A stretch of 64,000 nucleotides of DNA, taken from Dehalococcoidia bacterium (GTDB lineage Bacteria; Chloroflexota; Dehalococcoidia; Lucifugimonadales; CATOSD01). Of this stretch, positions 16,962-25,774 are shown one piece after another. The notes under the pieces were generated by a model, which was not told the DNA's origin, searched no databases, and saw only the letters and a program-made list of their open reading frames with translations. Every line of letters starts with the position of its first letter. Position 1 is the first letter of the stretch. The stretch spans positions 615,170 through 679,169 of the forward strand of contig OZ242014.1 of NCBI GenBank assembly GCA_965204815.1, read 5' to 3'. Both the position numbers and the translations under genes were made by a program.

Positions 16962-18753
16962 GGCCTAGCTGACCTATGACGTGTTGAATCGCCCCCTTGA
17001 TGTAGGCTGGGCAACTCTCCATAGTGACTTTCTCGGCGAGCCTTTGAGCAAATCTTCCCTTGCCGATACTCTCAATCCGCCTCAAGATAGTCTGAGCATC
17101 GTCTTCACTCACATCAGGACCTGCGTCCACCAAATCCTTGAACTGCTCTAGCCGTCTTTCCGAGGTACCGAGTTCTTTGAAGGACTCACACATCTGGTGG
17201 CCTAGACCGCATTTCAACAGGTCGATCTCCAGAGTGTGCTGACCTACGAACACCCCCGCCGCTCCCAGCCGTTCATAGAGTCCGTTCCAGTCACGCTCTT
17301 CAAACGCCTGATGTAACGCCTCCACCTCTCCGAGATTTGCCCCATCCGCCACACGTATTCCCCGAGCCAATCCTCTGCTCAGGATCTCTCCCTGCCTCTC
17401 CGTCCAGTCTCCATCCGTGGCAATGACAAATGGAATAGAAAGACCCTTGCTACCCGCAAGCTTGGCGTAGGGAGCGAAGTCAGTACCATGAACGCTACAA
17501 ACAGTGATCCCGTACTCATCGAGGGGGTAGCCTAAGACTTCCGCGTACGCTGGGATGAGGAACAACTCCGCTGCGCCTTCAACAAAGATGATGCCTTTAG
17601 CAAACAGCAGTTCAGCACGTGTGGCGTCCAAGTAGCGTTCCAAGTCTGCGATCTCTTGGGCATCTAGTCCTGCTGTCACAACTGACTTGCCGCCACTACC
17701 GTTCGACTCACCGCCATCTCGTAGGAGGAGAATGCTCGACAACGGGGCGACACTCGCTACATGGGGCGAATGCGTAGTAAGAATTACGGGAGCTTCTCTC
17801 CTCAGGAAGTCCCGAAAAAGCAGTCTTTGGAGATGGGGATGGAGGTGGGCTTCCGGCTCCTCTATACCTAATATGGTCGCGGCCCGCTCTGATGACTTCT
17901 GTTTTTCCTCCAGTTCTATAGCCAGAAGAAGTAGATACAGGACGTTGCTGACTCCCAGGCTTAGATCACCTACCGGCCGTTTGAACTGCCCGTCTCCGTA
18001 CAGCCTCAGTCCCCTGAGCAGACGGGCTGGCTGGCTGGACGCGAAGCCTAGTGACGGATCAATCGCAATCACGCCGCCGATCATCTTCTGGAGTCTTTGT
18101 TGAATGCCTGTCTCCAGAGCTTGCACATCTTGCTCGGAAAGCAACTGCCCGGTGGCAGAGTCCAATGCTGTGGCAACTGCTTGCAGGGTATTGTCAGCAA
18201 CCGATAGACGGTCGACGAGAGGTCGCAAGGGAGACCTTCGCCATGAAGACAGATCGCCCTCAGCGTCTCTAAGGGCAGGAAGGACTTCCAAGGCCAACCA
18301 GCGCCGCTCTCGGTAGCCAACCTGGTTCGCCTCGTTCTCTCCCCCGAAAATCACGAATTCGTAGTCACCGATAGTGGGAGGGCGATCCTTTGGCAAGGGA
18401 CTCTTCGGTCGAAACTGATAGGTAAGGCGCGCCGTGTCCGGAGGACCGCCTTTTACCAGGTACTGCTGCAGGATCGAGAAGAGATCCTGATTCTTCTTGA
18501 AGTCTGTCAGCTCAATGTAGACCTCAATGACTTCGTGTGCCTTGACCGGGTCAGCTAATCCGTCCCAGAAGTCGTCCTGTCGAAGATGCCGAGCGGAGTC
18601 TGGCAGAGTAGGGTCGAGGAGGAGTCGGAGTGCAAACAGCAAGTTGGACTTGCCGACATTGTTTTCTCCTACAATTACCAGCTTGGGCCCCAGATCAACG
18701 TCAAGATAGCGGAAGTTCCTTAGATTGGTGACCCGAATGTGGCAAATGTGCAT
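16948..18753 (-). CDS. gajA: Gabija GajA-like OLD-family ATPase plus TOPRIM endonuclease
   Basis: N-terminal ABC-type ATPase with Walker A GENNVGKSN. C-terminal TOPRIM with IIFVEGAAELFLIP (Glu) and VIATDGDW (DxD). Pairing of a class 2 OLD nuclease with a UvrD-like helicase defines Gabija. Confidence 0.8.
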   Translation of the reverse strand: MHICHIRVTNLRNFRYLDVDLGPKLVIVGENNVGKSNLLFALRLLLDPTLPDSARHLRQDDFWDGLADPVKAHEVIEVYIELTDFKKNQDLFSILQQYLVKGGPPDTARLTYQFRPKSPLPKDRPPTIGDYEFVIFGGENEANQVGYRERRWLALEVLPALRDAEGDLSSWRRSPLRPLVDRLSVADNTLQAVATALDSATGQLLSEQDVQALETGIQQRLQKMIGGVIAIDPSLGFASSQPARLLRGLRLYGDGQFKRPVGDLSLGVSNVLYLLLLAIELEEKQKSSERAATILGIEEPEAHLHPHLQRLLFRDFLRREAPVILTTHSPHVASVAPLSSILLLRDGGESNGSGGKSVVTAGLDAQEIADLERYLDATRAELLFAKGIIFVEGAAELFLIPAYAEVLGYPLDEYGITVCSVHGTDFAPYAKLAGSKGLSIPFVIATDGDWTERQGEILSRGLARGIRVADGANLGEVEALHQAFEERDWNGLYERLGAAGVFVGQHTLEIDLLKCGLGHQMCESFKELGTSERRLEQFKDLVDAGPDVSEDDAQTILRRIESIGKGRFAQRLAEKVTMESCPAYIKGAIQHVIGQLGHDSD

Positions 18754-18950
18754 GGTAGTGCTACTGTCCTAGGCGCTTGGGGCCTGAGGTGTCGGCTTTG
18801 CATTTGCTGGCATTGCGCTGGGATGTCGTCCGCACTCGTTGAATTTGCATTTGGGGTCTTGGCAGAGAGTCCGCAATTGGCAATTACGCCCGCCTCCCTC
18901 ACCGAACCCTTTAAGCTGGCAGGCCAACTCCGATGGCAGCGGGAGGAGGT

Positions 18951-20537
18951 CTACGGTCGCTGCATGAATAGAAGCCGTTCCTCGCGGATGGAGTTCCTGC
19001 TGTGAACATCGAAGCGGCTGTAAGCGTTCAGTTCATGCATATTGCGGAGTTGTAGCCCCACGTGTCTCCCGGTCGCGGCTAGCAAGGCTGGAGTGTCGAT
19101 CAGGAACTCGACTCCACCAAGTGTCGTACGGTTTGGACCGACAATGAAGGCTAGCCAACCTCCTTTTCTTAGGTATTTCTCTGTCATCGCCATCACTCGT
19201 GTCATGTCGGCAAAGTAACGGTAAACGACTGCCGGGGTGTTTTGTCGCCGGAAGCCGTCCCGCGACGGGTCGTAGGCCTCTTGCAAGGCCTTGCACACCG
19301 CCCATACCTCTTCAGCTACGTTATCCCGATTCACCCTAATGGATTGTTCGAGAGTGAGGCGCTCTCCTGTGGACACTTCCCGGCTTCCAACTAGAGATCC
19401 ATCGAGCTGACGAATCTCTTTAACTGTGGCCAAACCGAAGAGCGCGATGCTCAGCCGTTGAGTGTCGATGTAAGGTAGTGCTGTGGCATAGGGCGGACTG
19501 CTGAGGACGCAATGCACACCCTCTTCCAGGAATCTTCGAGCGCTTTCATCTACTGAGCGGATTTCCCCACTGTCTCCTAGGAAGGCCGCTTGCCATCCCT
19601 GGTTATGTGAGATGTGGCCCTGCGCAGACAGAACGGCATCGACGCGAGATTGTAGTGCGGTGACATACGCTTCAATGGCGGGATAATTCGGAGCGGGATT
19701 CCTTCGCCGCCTGACGCGCAGATCGCCGGGGTCCTGCCAAGACACCTGCCGGAGAATATCGCTAAGGATAACCTTGAACACTTGACGAAGGTAGGGTGGG
19801 GCTACTTCGTCAATAGTGTCGAGTATGGTCTGCAACTGTGCCAGTACGGGAATGGGAAACCAACGTACAAGATAGTCTGGACACGGAAGGCGCTCTAGCC
19901 AATTCCTGCCGAGGCTCTGTGAGATCGTCTCATCATTGGGAACGCCTTCCGACATCCACTTCGCCCGCATTTGAACTTGCTCAGCTACCAAGTCGGCCGT
20001 ATGTTGAAGGGAACCCGGACTAGTCCCTATAGCTGACAGCTTTGCGTTTGCGATAGCGACCGCCAGCGGATTGAGATCTACGCCAACGGCGTTGTAGCCC
20101 TGATGCCGGGCTTCCAATAGGACCGTTCCGCTGCCGCAAAATGGATCCCAAATCCGGTCTCCGACATTCAAGCCCAAGATGTTCGTAACCGTTCGAACCA
20201 TTTGCGGATTGAACTTGCCTCGATACTCGTGAAGACCATGAGCAGAGTACCGCGTGTGCTGACGACGAAGCTGGTTCGGGTTGCCGTGGTTGCTGGCACT
20301 GGCCTCAAGTCGAGCCTGCTGCGGTATAACCGCTGGCTTGCCATGGACGATTGCATTTCGAAAGTACGTCAGCCTGTCCAAGACCTCGGGGGCGACACCG
20401 TTTACCGTTTCAAGATGTAATGAACCATTGATTCGCTGAGGCGTAGCTCCCAGGATTTGCTCAGCTTCCAACTCTGCAAGGCGAAACTCATAAGGCAGGT
20501 ATCGGTAATCGTGAAACTCCAACTCGATTCGGTTCAT
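18951..20537 (-). CDS. DNA methyltransferase (N4-cytosine or N6-adenine), motif I before motif IV
   Basis: Motif I DPFCGSGTVLLEA and motif IV LSSPPYA. The start is set at ATG 20537 (MNRIELEFHDY..), 2 nt after the upstream MTase stop. The longer ORF-track start 20735 would overlap that gene. Confidence 0.8.
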   Translation of the reverse strand: MNRIELEFHDYRYLPYEFRLAELEAEQILGATPQRINGSLHLETVNGVAPEVLDRLTYFRNAIVHGKPAVIPQQARLEASASNHGNPNQLRRQHTRYSAHGLHEYRGKFNPQMVRTVTNILGLNVGDRIWDPFCGSGTVLLEARHQGYNAVGVDLNPLAVAIANAKLSAIGTSPGSLQHTADLVAEQVQMRAKWMSEGVPNDETISQSLGRNWLERLPCPDYLVRWFPIPVLAQLQTILDTIDEVAPPYLRQVFKVILSDILRQVSWQDPGDLRVRRRRNPAPNYPAIEAYVTALQSRVDAVLSAQGHISHNQGWQAAFLGDSGEIRSVDESARRFLEEGVHCVLSSPPYATALPYIDTQRLSIALFGLATVKEIRQLDGSLVGSREVSTGERLTLEQSIRVNRDNVAEEVWAVCKALQEAYDPSRDGFRRQNTPAVVYRYFADMTRVMAMTEKYLRKGGWLAFIVGPNRTTLGGVEFLIDTPALLAATGRHVGLQLRNMHELNAYSRFDVHSRNSIREERLLFMQRP

Positions 20538-20539
20538 GA

Positions 20540-21697
20540 TTACTGCCGCCGAAAGACCAAGAGAGTTTCCGCGTCTATAGCGCCGTGCGCAGGATTGAAT
20601 GCCTTCTTGGTCGTAGGGATTCGACGGGCGGCCGATGCAAGGTGCTGGAAGCCGCGCTCGTCCGCGGCCGTGCGTAGGAGTTCGGCGTTGTCGATGGTCT
20701 TGCCCCTTATAATCGATCGCCCTATGATCATGCAAACCAGCGCATCGGGCACCGTGACTTGTCTAAAGAGCCCAAAGCAGTGGCTCATCTGCCTGCGGAA
20801 GTCGTCGGGGGTTTCTGGGTTACGCCTGAAGTAGTGTGGCCGTGCTCCAATCTCGGCGGTGCGAACAGGTATCGGGTCCTCACCCAGCCAGTACATGCGG
20901 TATTTGTGGTATAGCCAGTACTCGTAAGCGTTCGGATACGGCGGAGACGTAATGATGAGTCCGAACTGATGAGGCAGCTCATGGGGCTCAACAGTAAGGA
21001 TATCCCTAGCAATGACCTGGCTCGGGGCCCATTGACGGAACATATCAGAGTGCTCCATCTTGAAGATGTCGTCGAGAGCCCTTGCTGACTCCACGAAGAG
21101 GCTGTATACATCGCCCTCGTCAACAGAACGGTCAACTGCGGCATAGCGGGTGTCGCTGTCCTGGCGAGAGACCCGAACTATTATTCGCGATAATGCAACC
21201 CGCAAGGCATCGTGAACCCTTGGTTCGGTGATTTCGCTTAACACCCTTGTTAGCTTCGCCAGAGCTAGAATAGCGCCGGGGCTGAACCAGTGAGCCAAGC
21301 GAGGAATGGTTGGCGCCGTCCCGTCTGTGGCAGCTTCTGCCGCAGATGCAAGCCGAACAGCAATGGAACTTATATCTTGGCGGGGAGGGTTCGTCTTGAC
21401 AGTTGATATGAGGGCGGCGATTGGATTGACATCGATTCCGAACGACGGGATGCCCCGCGCCTGAGACTCAACTAGGGTTGTCCCGGACCCGCAGAAGGGG
21501 TCAAGCACCGGTCCATTTACGACAGGCTGGAACAGTCGGATGAGGTTTCGGGGTATCTGTGGGACGAATCTAGCGGGGTATGGGTGAATACTGTGCAGCC
21601 CAACATTCGTCTTGTCCTGCGCAAACGTCCAGTCCACGCTATGAAACTGATCTAGCGCCGCATGTAGCTCATTTGAGAGAGAGGTGACTACTGTCAT
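20540..21697 (-). CDS. DNA methyltransferase (N4-cytosine or N6-adenine), motif I before motif IV
   Basis: Motif I DPFCGSGTTLVES and motif IV ITSPPYPNAYEYW. ATG overlaps the RHH gene stop (ATGA). Confidence 0.8.
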   Translation of the reverse strand: MTVVTSLSNELHAALDQFHSVDWTFAQDKTNVGLHSIHPYPARFVPQIPRNLIRLFQPVVNGPVLDPFCGSGTTLVESQARGIPSFGIDVNPIAALISTVKTNPPRQDISSIAVRLASAAEAATDGTAPTIPRLAHWFSPGAILALAKLTRVLSEITEPRVHDALRVALSRIIVRVSRQDSDTRYAAVDRSVDEGDVYSLFVESARALDDIFKMEHSDMFRQWAPSQVIARDILTVEPHELPHQFGLIITSPPYPNAYEYWLYHKYRMYWLGEDPIPVRTAEIGARPHYFRRNPETPDDFRRQMSHCFGLFRQVTVPDALVCMIIGRSIIRGKTIDNAELLRTAADERGFQHLASAARRIPTTKKAFNPAHGAIDAETLLVFRRQ

Positions 21698-21882
21698 GAG
21701 ATCCTGTCTTGGTTCGCTGGCGACTTGGGTTGACCATCGAACACACTCGCGTCAAGATGGTCTCGGATTAGCCGAGCTATCAGTGTGCTCTTCTTGAAGC
21801 CTCTCTCTTGGCAATACGCGTCGAATCGGGCGAACTCCTTAGAGTCCAAGAGAACGCTGATCTTGACACGCTTGCGGCTCAT
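21694..21882 (-). CDS. Ribbon-helix-helix (CopG-like) protein, first gene of the methyltransferase operon
   Basis: MSRKRVKISVLLDSKEFARFDAYCQERGFKKSTLIARLIRDHL shows a beta-strand followed by two helices, as expected for RHH. The start is moved to ATG 21882. Confidence 0.6.
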   Translation of the reverse strand: MSRKRVKISVLLDSKEFARFDAYCQERGFKKSTLIARLIRDHLDASVFDGQPKSPANQDRIS

Positions 21883-22140
21883 GAAGGCACCCAACGCCGG
21901 TAGATATAACGCAATTATCCTCAAAAGTCAATACATGTGCTCAGTATTGCGCACTCGAAGGGGCGCCCTTCATTGGGAGGGAACGTCGGTGTCCATGACG
22001 AACACAGGCCGGTGGCCTTGATCGGCTTCTCAGGCCTAGCAATGGTCCGGGGTGGTCCTGTGTACCGCCGAAATAGCTCTACAGAGTGCCTAGCCACATC
22101 TCGAAGACGGTGCCATCTACCGTCCCCTCCGGCCCCCCAC

Positions 22141-23667
22141 CTACTCCTCCACGATAGGCTGTGCGATGATCCACAGGCTCGTCGCCGTGTAGAGCACCAT
22201 CAGCAGCAGCATCGGAAGCTGCCCGCGCAGCGCCCGGCCCCGGTGAGCCACTCTGCGCATCGATACCAGGTGCGCCAGGTACACCGAGACGACGTGACCC
22301 GCCACTATCGCCGCGACGGACACGTACCACGCCACCCGCGCGTTGATTATCGCTATGTTCGTACTGTAGTCGGCGGTGCCCAGCAAGTCCCAGCCGTTGC
22401 CGAACGGATCCGACAGCAGTGGTATCACCGTCTGGCCGCTTATCAGCAGCAACGACAGGTAGTGCGCCAGATTGTAGGCCAGCGCGATTGGCACCAGCGT
22501 GAGCACGTACCCCTTGGCCACACCGCCGGTTCCCCCCGGATCGCCGGACAGCCGCGCCACCGCCCACGAGAACGCGGCGTACACAATCACGAAAAGCGCA
22601 GGCACCACCAGAAGCCCCAGCGTGTCGATGGTGCTCACCACATTGGGCCCGAGCACCGACACCTCGTCGTACACCGCGGTCTGGACGCTCACCCACGCCG
22701 GCGTCTCCTGCAGGCCGTCGAACGACACTATCGCCAGCGCCAGCAGCACGAACGCGGCCATCCCCAAGCTGGCGCGGTGCGGGTTGGCCAGACCCACGGC
22801 CCACGGGCGCAGGTTGAACTCCCGCCGCGGCCGGTCCACCCGCTCGAAGCACTCGTAGCAGTCCACGCAGTCTACGTCGCAAGCGGATGAGCACCGCGAG
22901 CAGGCGCGGCGGTCGGCGGCCCTCACCTCCGTCGGCGAGAAGCGGGCGAACAGACTGAACAGCACGCTAAACACCTCGCCTCGGCTCAGCCAGGTGTGCT
23001 TGCCGAAGGCCGCCATGCCCATCCACGTCACCAGCGAGTAGGCGATGATGAGCTGTCCCAGGCTTCCCGGCAGCGTCGCGCTGGTGTACACGTTCTCCAG
23101 CCAGGCGAACGCCAGCAGCAGCGCCACCGCCGGCCATACGTCGAGCCGCTCCGGGTAGACGAACAGCCCGCGTCCATCGCTGCCGAGCAGGCGCTCGCCC
23201 CACTCGTAGATTATCTTCCACGGGTTTACCAGCATCCATACGTTGCCGAGCAGCGCCGAGACGTAGCCCATGCCCACCCACCACACCACCCAGACGAAGG
23301 TGGGCGCGAACACTTCCAAAGGGCGACCGTTGCCGAAGAAACATGTGGCGAGCACAAGGCCGAACACGGCCACGGACAGCAGCCGCACCGCGAAGAGCGT
23401 GACAGGGCTCCCGAGCACGGCCCCCAGCCCGCGGACCGAGAGCAGGTCCAGCCGCGGATATCCGCGCTCGCCCTCCCCGCGCCGCACGAACAGCCCGATG
23501 ACCGCGAACGAGAGCGCGACGGTGGCGGCGCCGCCCACCAGGAAGTAGCTGAGCGGTATGGGAAGATCGTAGCGCTCGCCGAAGGCGTGCGCGCGGGCCG
23601 ATGCCGCGAAGCCGAGAAGTCCCAGCGCGGCGACGAATGCCGCCGCGGCGATGTTGCGAAAGTGCAT
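22141..23667 (-). CDS. Polytopic membrane protein (~11-12 TM) with a Cys-rich loop and a predicted mature N-terminal His
   Basis: Signal-like FAASARA|HAFGERYDLPIPL. Loop CSRCSSACDVDCVDCYEC. Many hydrophobic segments. No family recognised. Confidence 0.7.
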   Translation of the reverse strand: MHFRNIAAAAFVAALGLLGFAASARAHAFGERYDLPIPLSYFLVGGAATVALSFAVIGLFVRRGEGERGYPRLDLLSVRGLGAVLGSPVTLFAVRLLSVAVFGLVLATCFFGNGRPLEVFAPTFVWVVWWVGMGYVSALLGNVWMLVNPWKIIYEWGERLLGSDGRGLFVYPERLDVWPAVALLLAFAWLENVYTSATLPGSLGQLIIAYSLVTWMGMAAFGKHTWLSRGEVFSVLFSLFARFSPTEVRAADRRACSRCSSACDVDCVDCYECFERVDRPRREFNLRPWAVGLANPHRASLGMAAFVLLALAIVSFDGLQETPAWVSVQTAVYDEVSVLGPNVVSTIDTLGLLVVPALFVIVYAAFSWAVARLSGDPGGTGGVAKGYVLTLVPIALAYNLAHYLSLLLISGQTVIPLLSDPFGNGWDLLGTADYSTNIAIINARVAWYVSVAAIVAGHVVSVYLAHLVSMRRVAHRGRALRGQLPMLLLMVLYTATSLWIIAQPIVEE

Positions 23668-23737
23668 TGGGTGTTTCCTGTGTCCTTCCGATACGCCGCG
23701 GGCGATTCCCGGACCGCCCGCGGCTACCCGCGTCCGC

Positions 23738-24445
23738 CTACCGGGGGCGCACCTCCAGCACGCCGAGCGAAACCTCTTCGCCCTCGTCGTCTGGTACGTC
23801 CGCCACGGCCGGCGGGTCGCCGCTCGCCACGCGCTGGCGTTGCTCGGCGGTGTTCGTCCACATGATCATCGTGCCGGGCCGCACGTTCAGCATCGGGGGC
23901 GAAAACGAGCCGTCCTCCAGGATAGTGACCTCGGCCCGCTCCGACGTCTCGGCGTCCGCGCTCACCATAATCGACGCGGTCATCTTGTGGTTCATGTGGT
24001 TGTGGTACGGGATCATCTGGCCGTTCATGTCATCCATTACGTGGTACACGAAGCTGTCGCCCTGCTGGAGCGTGTCGGACTCGAACATCACGCCGTGCTC
24101 GGTGGCGTGCGAGTGGCCGCCAGCGCCCGGGTGAAACGTGATGCCGAAGCGGCCGGTGGCGTTCGCCGTGAAGCTCAGCGTTGCCGTCTCTCCAACCGTC
24201 AGCTCCCGCTCCAGGTCGTATCCGTGCAGGTGGAACGCGCCGGCTTCGTCAGTCTCGAGCTCCAACGTGATCTCGTCGCCTTGCTTCACAACCAACTCGC
24301 CCTCGTTGATGGTGAGTTGCCGTTCCTGAACAGCGAGGTCGAACCGTAGCGACTCGGGGTCGCCTCCGCCGCACGCGGCGAACGCGAGCGCGGCGACGAG
24401 CGCCAGCAGCGGCCACAGGGCCAGCCTGAATTTCCTGTAGATCAA
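23738..24445 (-). CDS. Lipoprotein with cupredoxin-like domains, His/Met-rich
   Basis: TTG 24445 lies 7 nt after AAAGGAG and gives MIYRKFRLALWPLLALVAALAFAAC (lipobox). ELVVKQGDEITLELETDEAGAFHLHGYDLE is EfeO-type cupredoxin-like. PYHNHMNHKMTASIMV resembles a blue-copper C-terminal loop but has His in place of Cys. A third domain reads FSPPMLNVRPGTMIMWTN. Confidence 0.7.
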   Translation of the reverse strand: MIYRKFRLALWPLLALVAALAFAACGGGDPESLRFDLAVQERQLTINEGELVVKQGDEITLELETDEAGAFHLHGYDLERELTVGETATLSFTANATGRFGITFHPGAGGHSHATEHGVMFESDTLQQGDSFVYHVMDDMNGQMIPYHNHMNHKMTASIMVSADAETSERAEVTILEDGSFSPPMLNVRPGTMIMWTNTAEQRQRVASGDPPAVADVPDDEGEEVSLGVLEVRPR

Positions 24446-24524
24446 GTCTATTCTCCTTTTCGAGGCGGACGGCTCTCGCCGGCCTGCATCGGGCACGGGG
24501 CCGATGCCCCGCGGACGTTTCGGG

Positions 24525-25076
24525 TTACGATCGTCTTTTGCCCCTGCTCCTCTCGCGGAGAAATGCGCGCAGCGAGTACCCCAGCGCGGCCAGGAAGGCC
24601 ACCAGCGCCGTTATGGTGACGATTCCGATGAGCGGACTCTGCGATTTCACCTCGATGGGGAATCGCGCCGTACCCTCTCCTTGCGGTCCGTTCACCGACA
24701 CAGTGAACATCCACTCCCCCTGCCTGTCCACGAAGGTGTTGATGTCGTAGAAAGAGGGGTCGTCGGCGTTGTGCTCCGCCCGCAGCGGCCCAATCTCGAC
24801 CGTCTCGGACTCCGGGCCCGCTCCGGACACGCTGACTTCGGCATCCAGGACAAGCTCGTCGCCGGGCTGGGCCGTAATCGTCATCGTGACGTGCAGGTTC
24901 CCTACGACCGGATTCTCCGGGATGGTGCCGACGGACAGCATGTAAGGGTCGGCCGTGTGGCTCTCGAACCGGATCACCCGCCCGTTGGCGTGCGCAGTAG
25001 CGAGCGGTACGGCGAGCATCGCCGCGGCAGCTATCAGCCACACCGCCAGGAGCCTGCGTTTTGGGTCAGACCACAT
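24525..25076 (-). CDS. Secreted beta-rich protein with a C-terminal TM anchor and a predicted mature N-terminal His
   Basis: Signal AVPLATA|HANGRV. C-terminal SPLIGIVTITALVAFLAALGYSL followed by a basic tail. Confidence 0.6.
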   Translation of the reverse strand: MWSDPKRRLLAVWLIAAAAMLAVPLATAHANGRVIRFESHTADPYMLSVGTIPENPVVGNLHVTMTITAQPGDELVLDAEVSVSGAGPESETVEIGPLRAEHNADDPSFYDINTFVDRQGEWMFTVSVNGPQGEGTARFPIEVKSQSPLIGIVTITALVAFLAALGYSLRAFLRERSRGKRRS

Positions 25077-25231
25077 GGGAACTCGTCACTATCTCTCACT
25101 TGAGCCGGACTGCGTGGATTCGCCGTCGCCCGCCGCTCCAACTGCGGCTTTCGCGGGTCGCTGGAAAGCGAAGTGTTCGGGGAATCTACCCTCTCGACTC
25201 GGTCCGTGCGCGCATCGCCGGGATGCAGGGG

Positions 25232-25624
25232 CTAGGCGAGCACGCGCGGCGGCTTGTCGGGCGGGGGCGTCTCCTCAGAGCGCAGCCGCGCCATGGGCGG
25301 AACCGGCAGGTTGAACAGGGAGGATGGCTCGAAGTACATGAACGTCGTCGCGCCATCGCGGTCCGTCACCACGTTCGTAACGCCAGCGAATCCCGCGTCG
25401 CGCTCCAGCAGGACCACCACGCCGCGCGGGGCGTCCGGCTGTGAGCGCACGTGGTCGTGTGTGTTCGGGGCGTTGTAGTCGTGCACGTGGGGTCGGACCG
25501 CGCCCAGGTGCGAGTGCGTGGGGTCGCGCTCCACATAGTGGTGGTCGATCAACGGCCCGACCGCGGACAGCACCAGCAGCGCCGAGAGCGACACCGCCAG
25601 AAAGTACTCGTGAAATCTCCTCAT
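25232..25624 (-). CDS. Small membrane-anchored His-rich protein, probably translated from a leaderless mRNA
   Basis: N-terminal TM FLAVSLSALLVLSAV, then DHHYVERDPTHSHLGAVRPHVHDYNAPNTHDH. An extended -10 lies 7 nt upstream of the ATG. Confidence 0.6.
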   Translation of the reverse strand: MRRFHEYFLAVSLSALLVLSAVGPLIDHHYVERDPTHSHLGAVRPHVHDYNAPNTHDHVRSQPDAPRGVVVLLERDAGFAGVTNVVTDRDGATTFMYFEPSSLFNLPVPPMARLRSEETPPPDKPPRVLA

Positions 25625-25631
25625 CGGGCCA

Positions 25632-25640
25632 ATTATACCA
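25632..25640 (-). promoter_or_regulatory. Extended -10 element TGgTATAAT, 7 nt upstream of ATG 25624 (leaderless start)
   Basis: The minus strand reads cagTGGTATAATtggcccgATG. Confidence 0.6.
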
Positions 25641-25670
25641 CTGGGCGCTCACATGAGGCCCGCCGGCGCC

Positions 25671-25690
25671 GCTCAGCGCCGACGCTGAGC
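25671..25690. other. Perfect 8-bp-stem palindrome GCTCAGCG-ccga-CGCTGAGC in the divergent intergenic region
   Basis: Read directly. It abuts the -35 of the DUF1800 promoter. Confidence 0.6.
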
Positions 25691-25719
25691 TTGAGCATAT
25701 GCCCATGCCGCAATATAAT
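25691..25719 (+). promoter_or_regulatory. Sigma70-type promoter TTGAGC-17-TATAAT for the DUF1800 gene
   Basis: TTGAGC 25691-25696, 17 nt spacer, TATAAT 25714-25719. Confidence 0.65.
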
Positions 25720-25774
25720 GAACTCACGCCACCCCGTTTCGCGCACGTTTATCTCATCGAGGAGGGTTCCCGCC

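Noticed and set aside
20538-20735. The longer N-terminus (start 20735) for the second methyltransferase.
   Set aside because: It would overlap the upstream MTase gene by ~200 nt in another frame and is Arg-rich. ATG 20537, directly after the upstream stop, gives a sensible start.
12249-21930. Integrase, transposase, att-site direct repeats or a tRNA target flanking the defence island.
   Set aside because: None could be identified by eye at either boundary. The island is therefore reported as a compositional and functional island, not as a defined mobile element.
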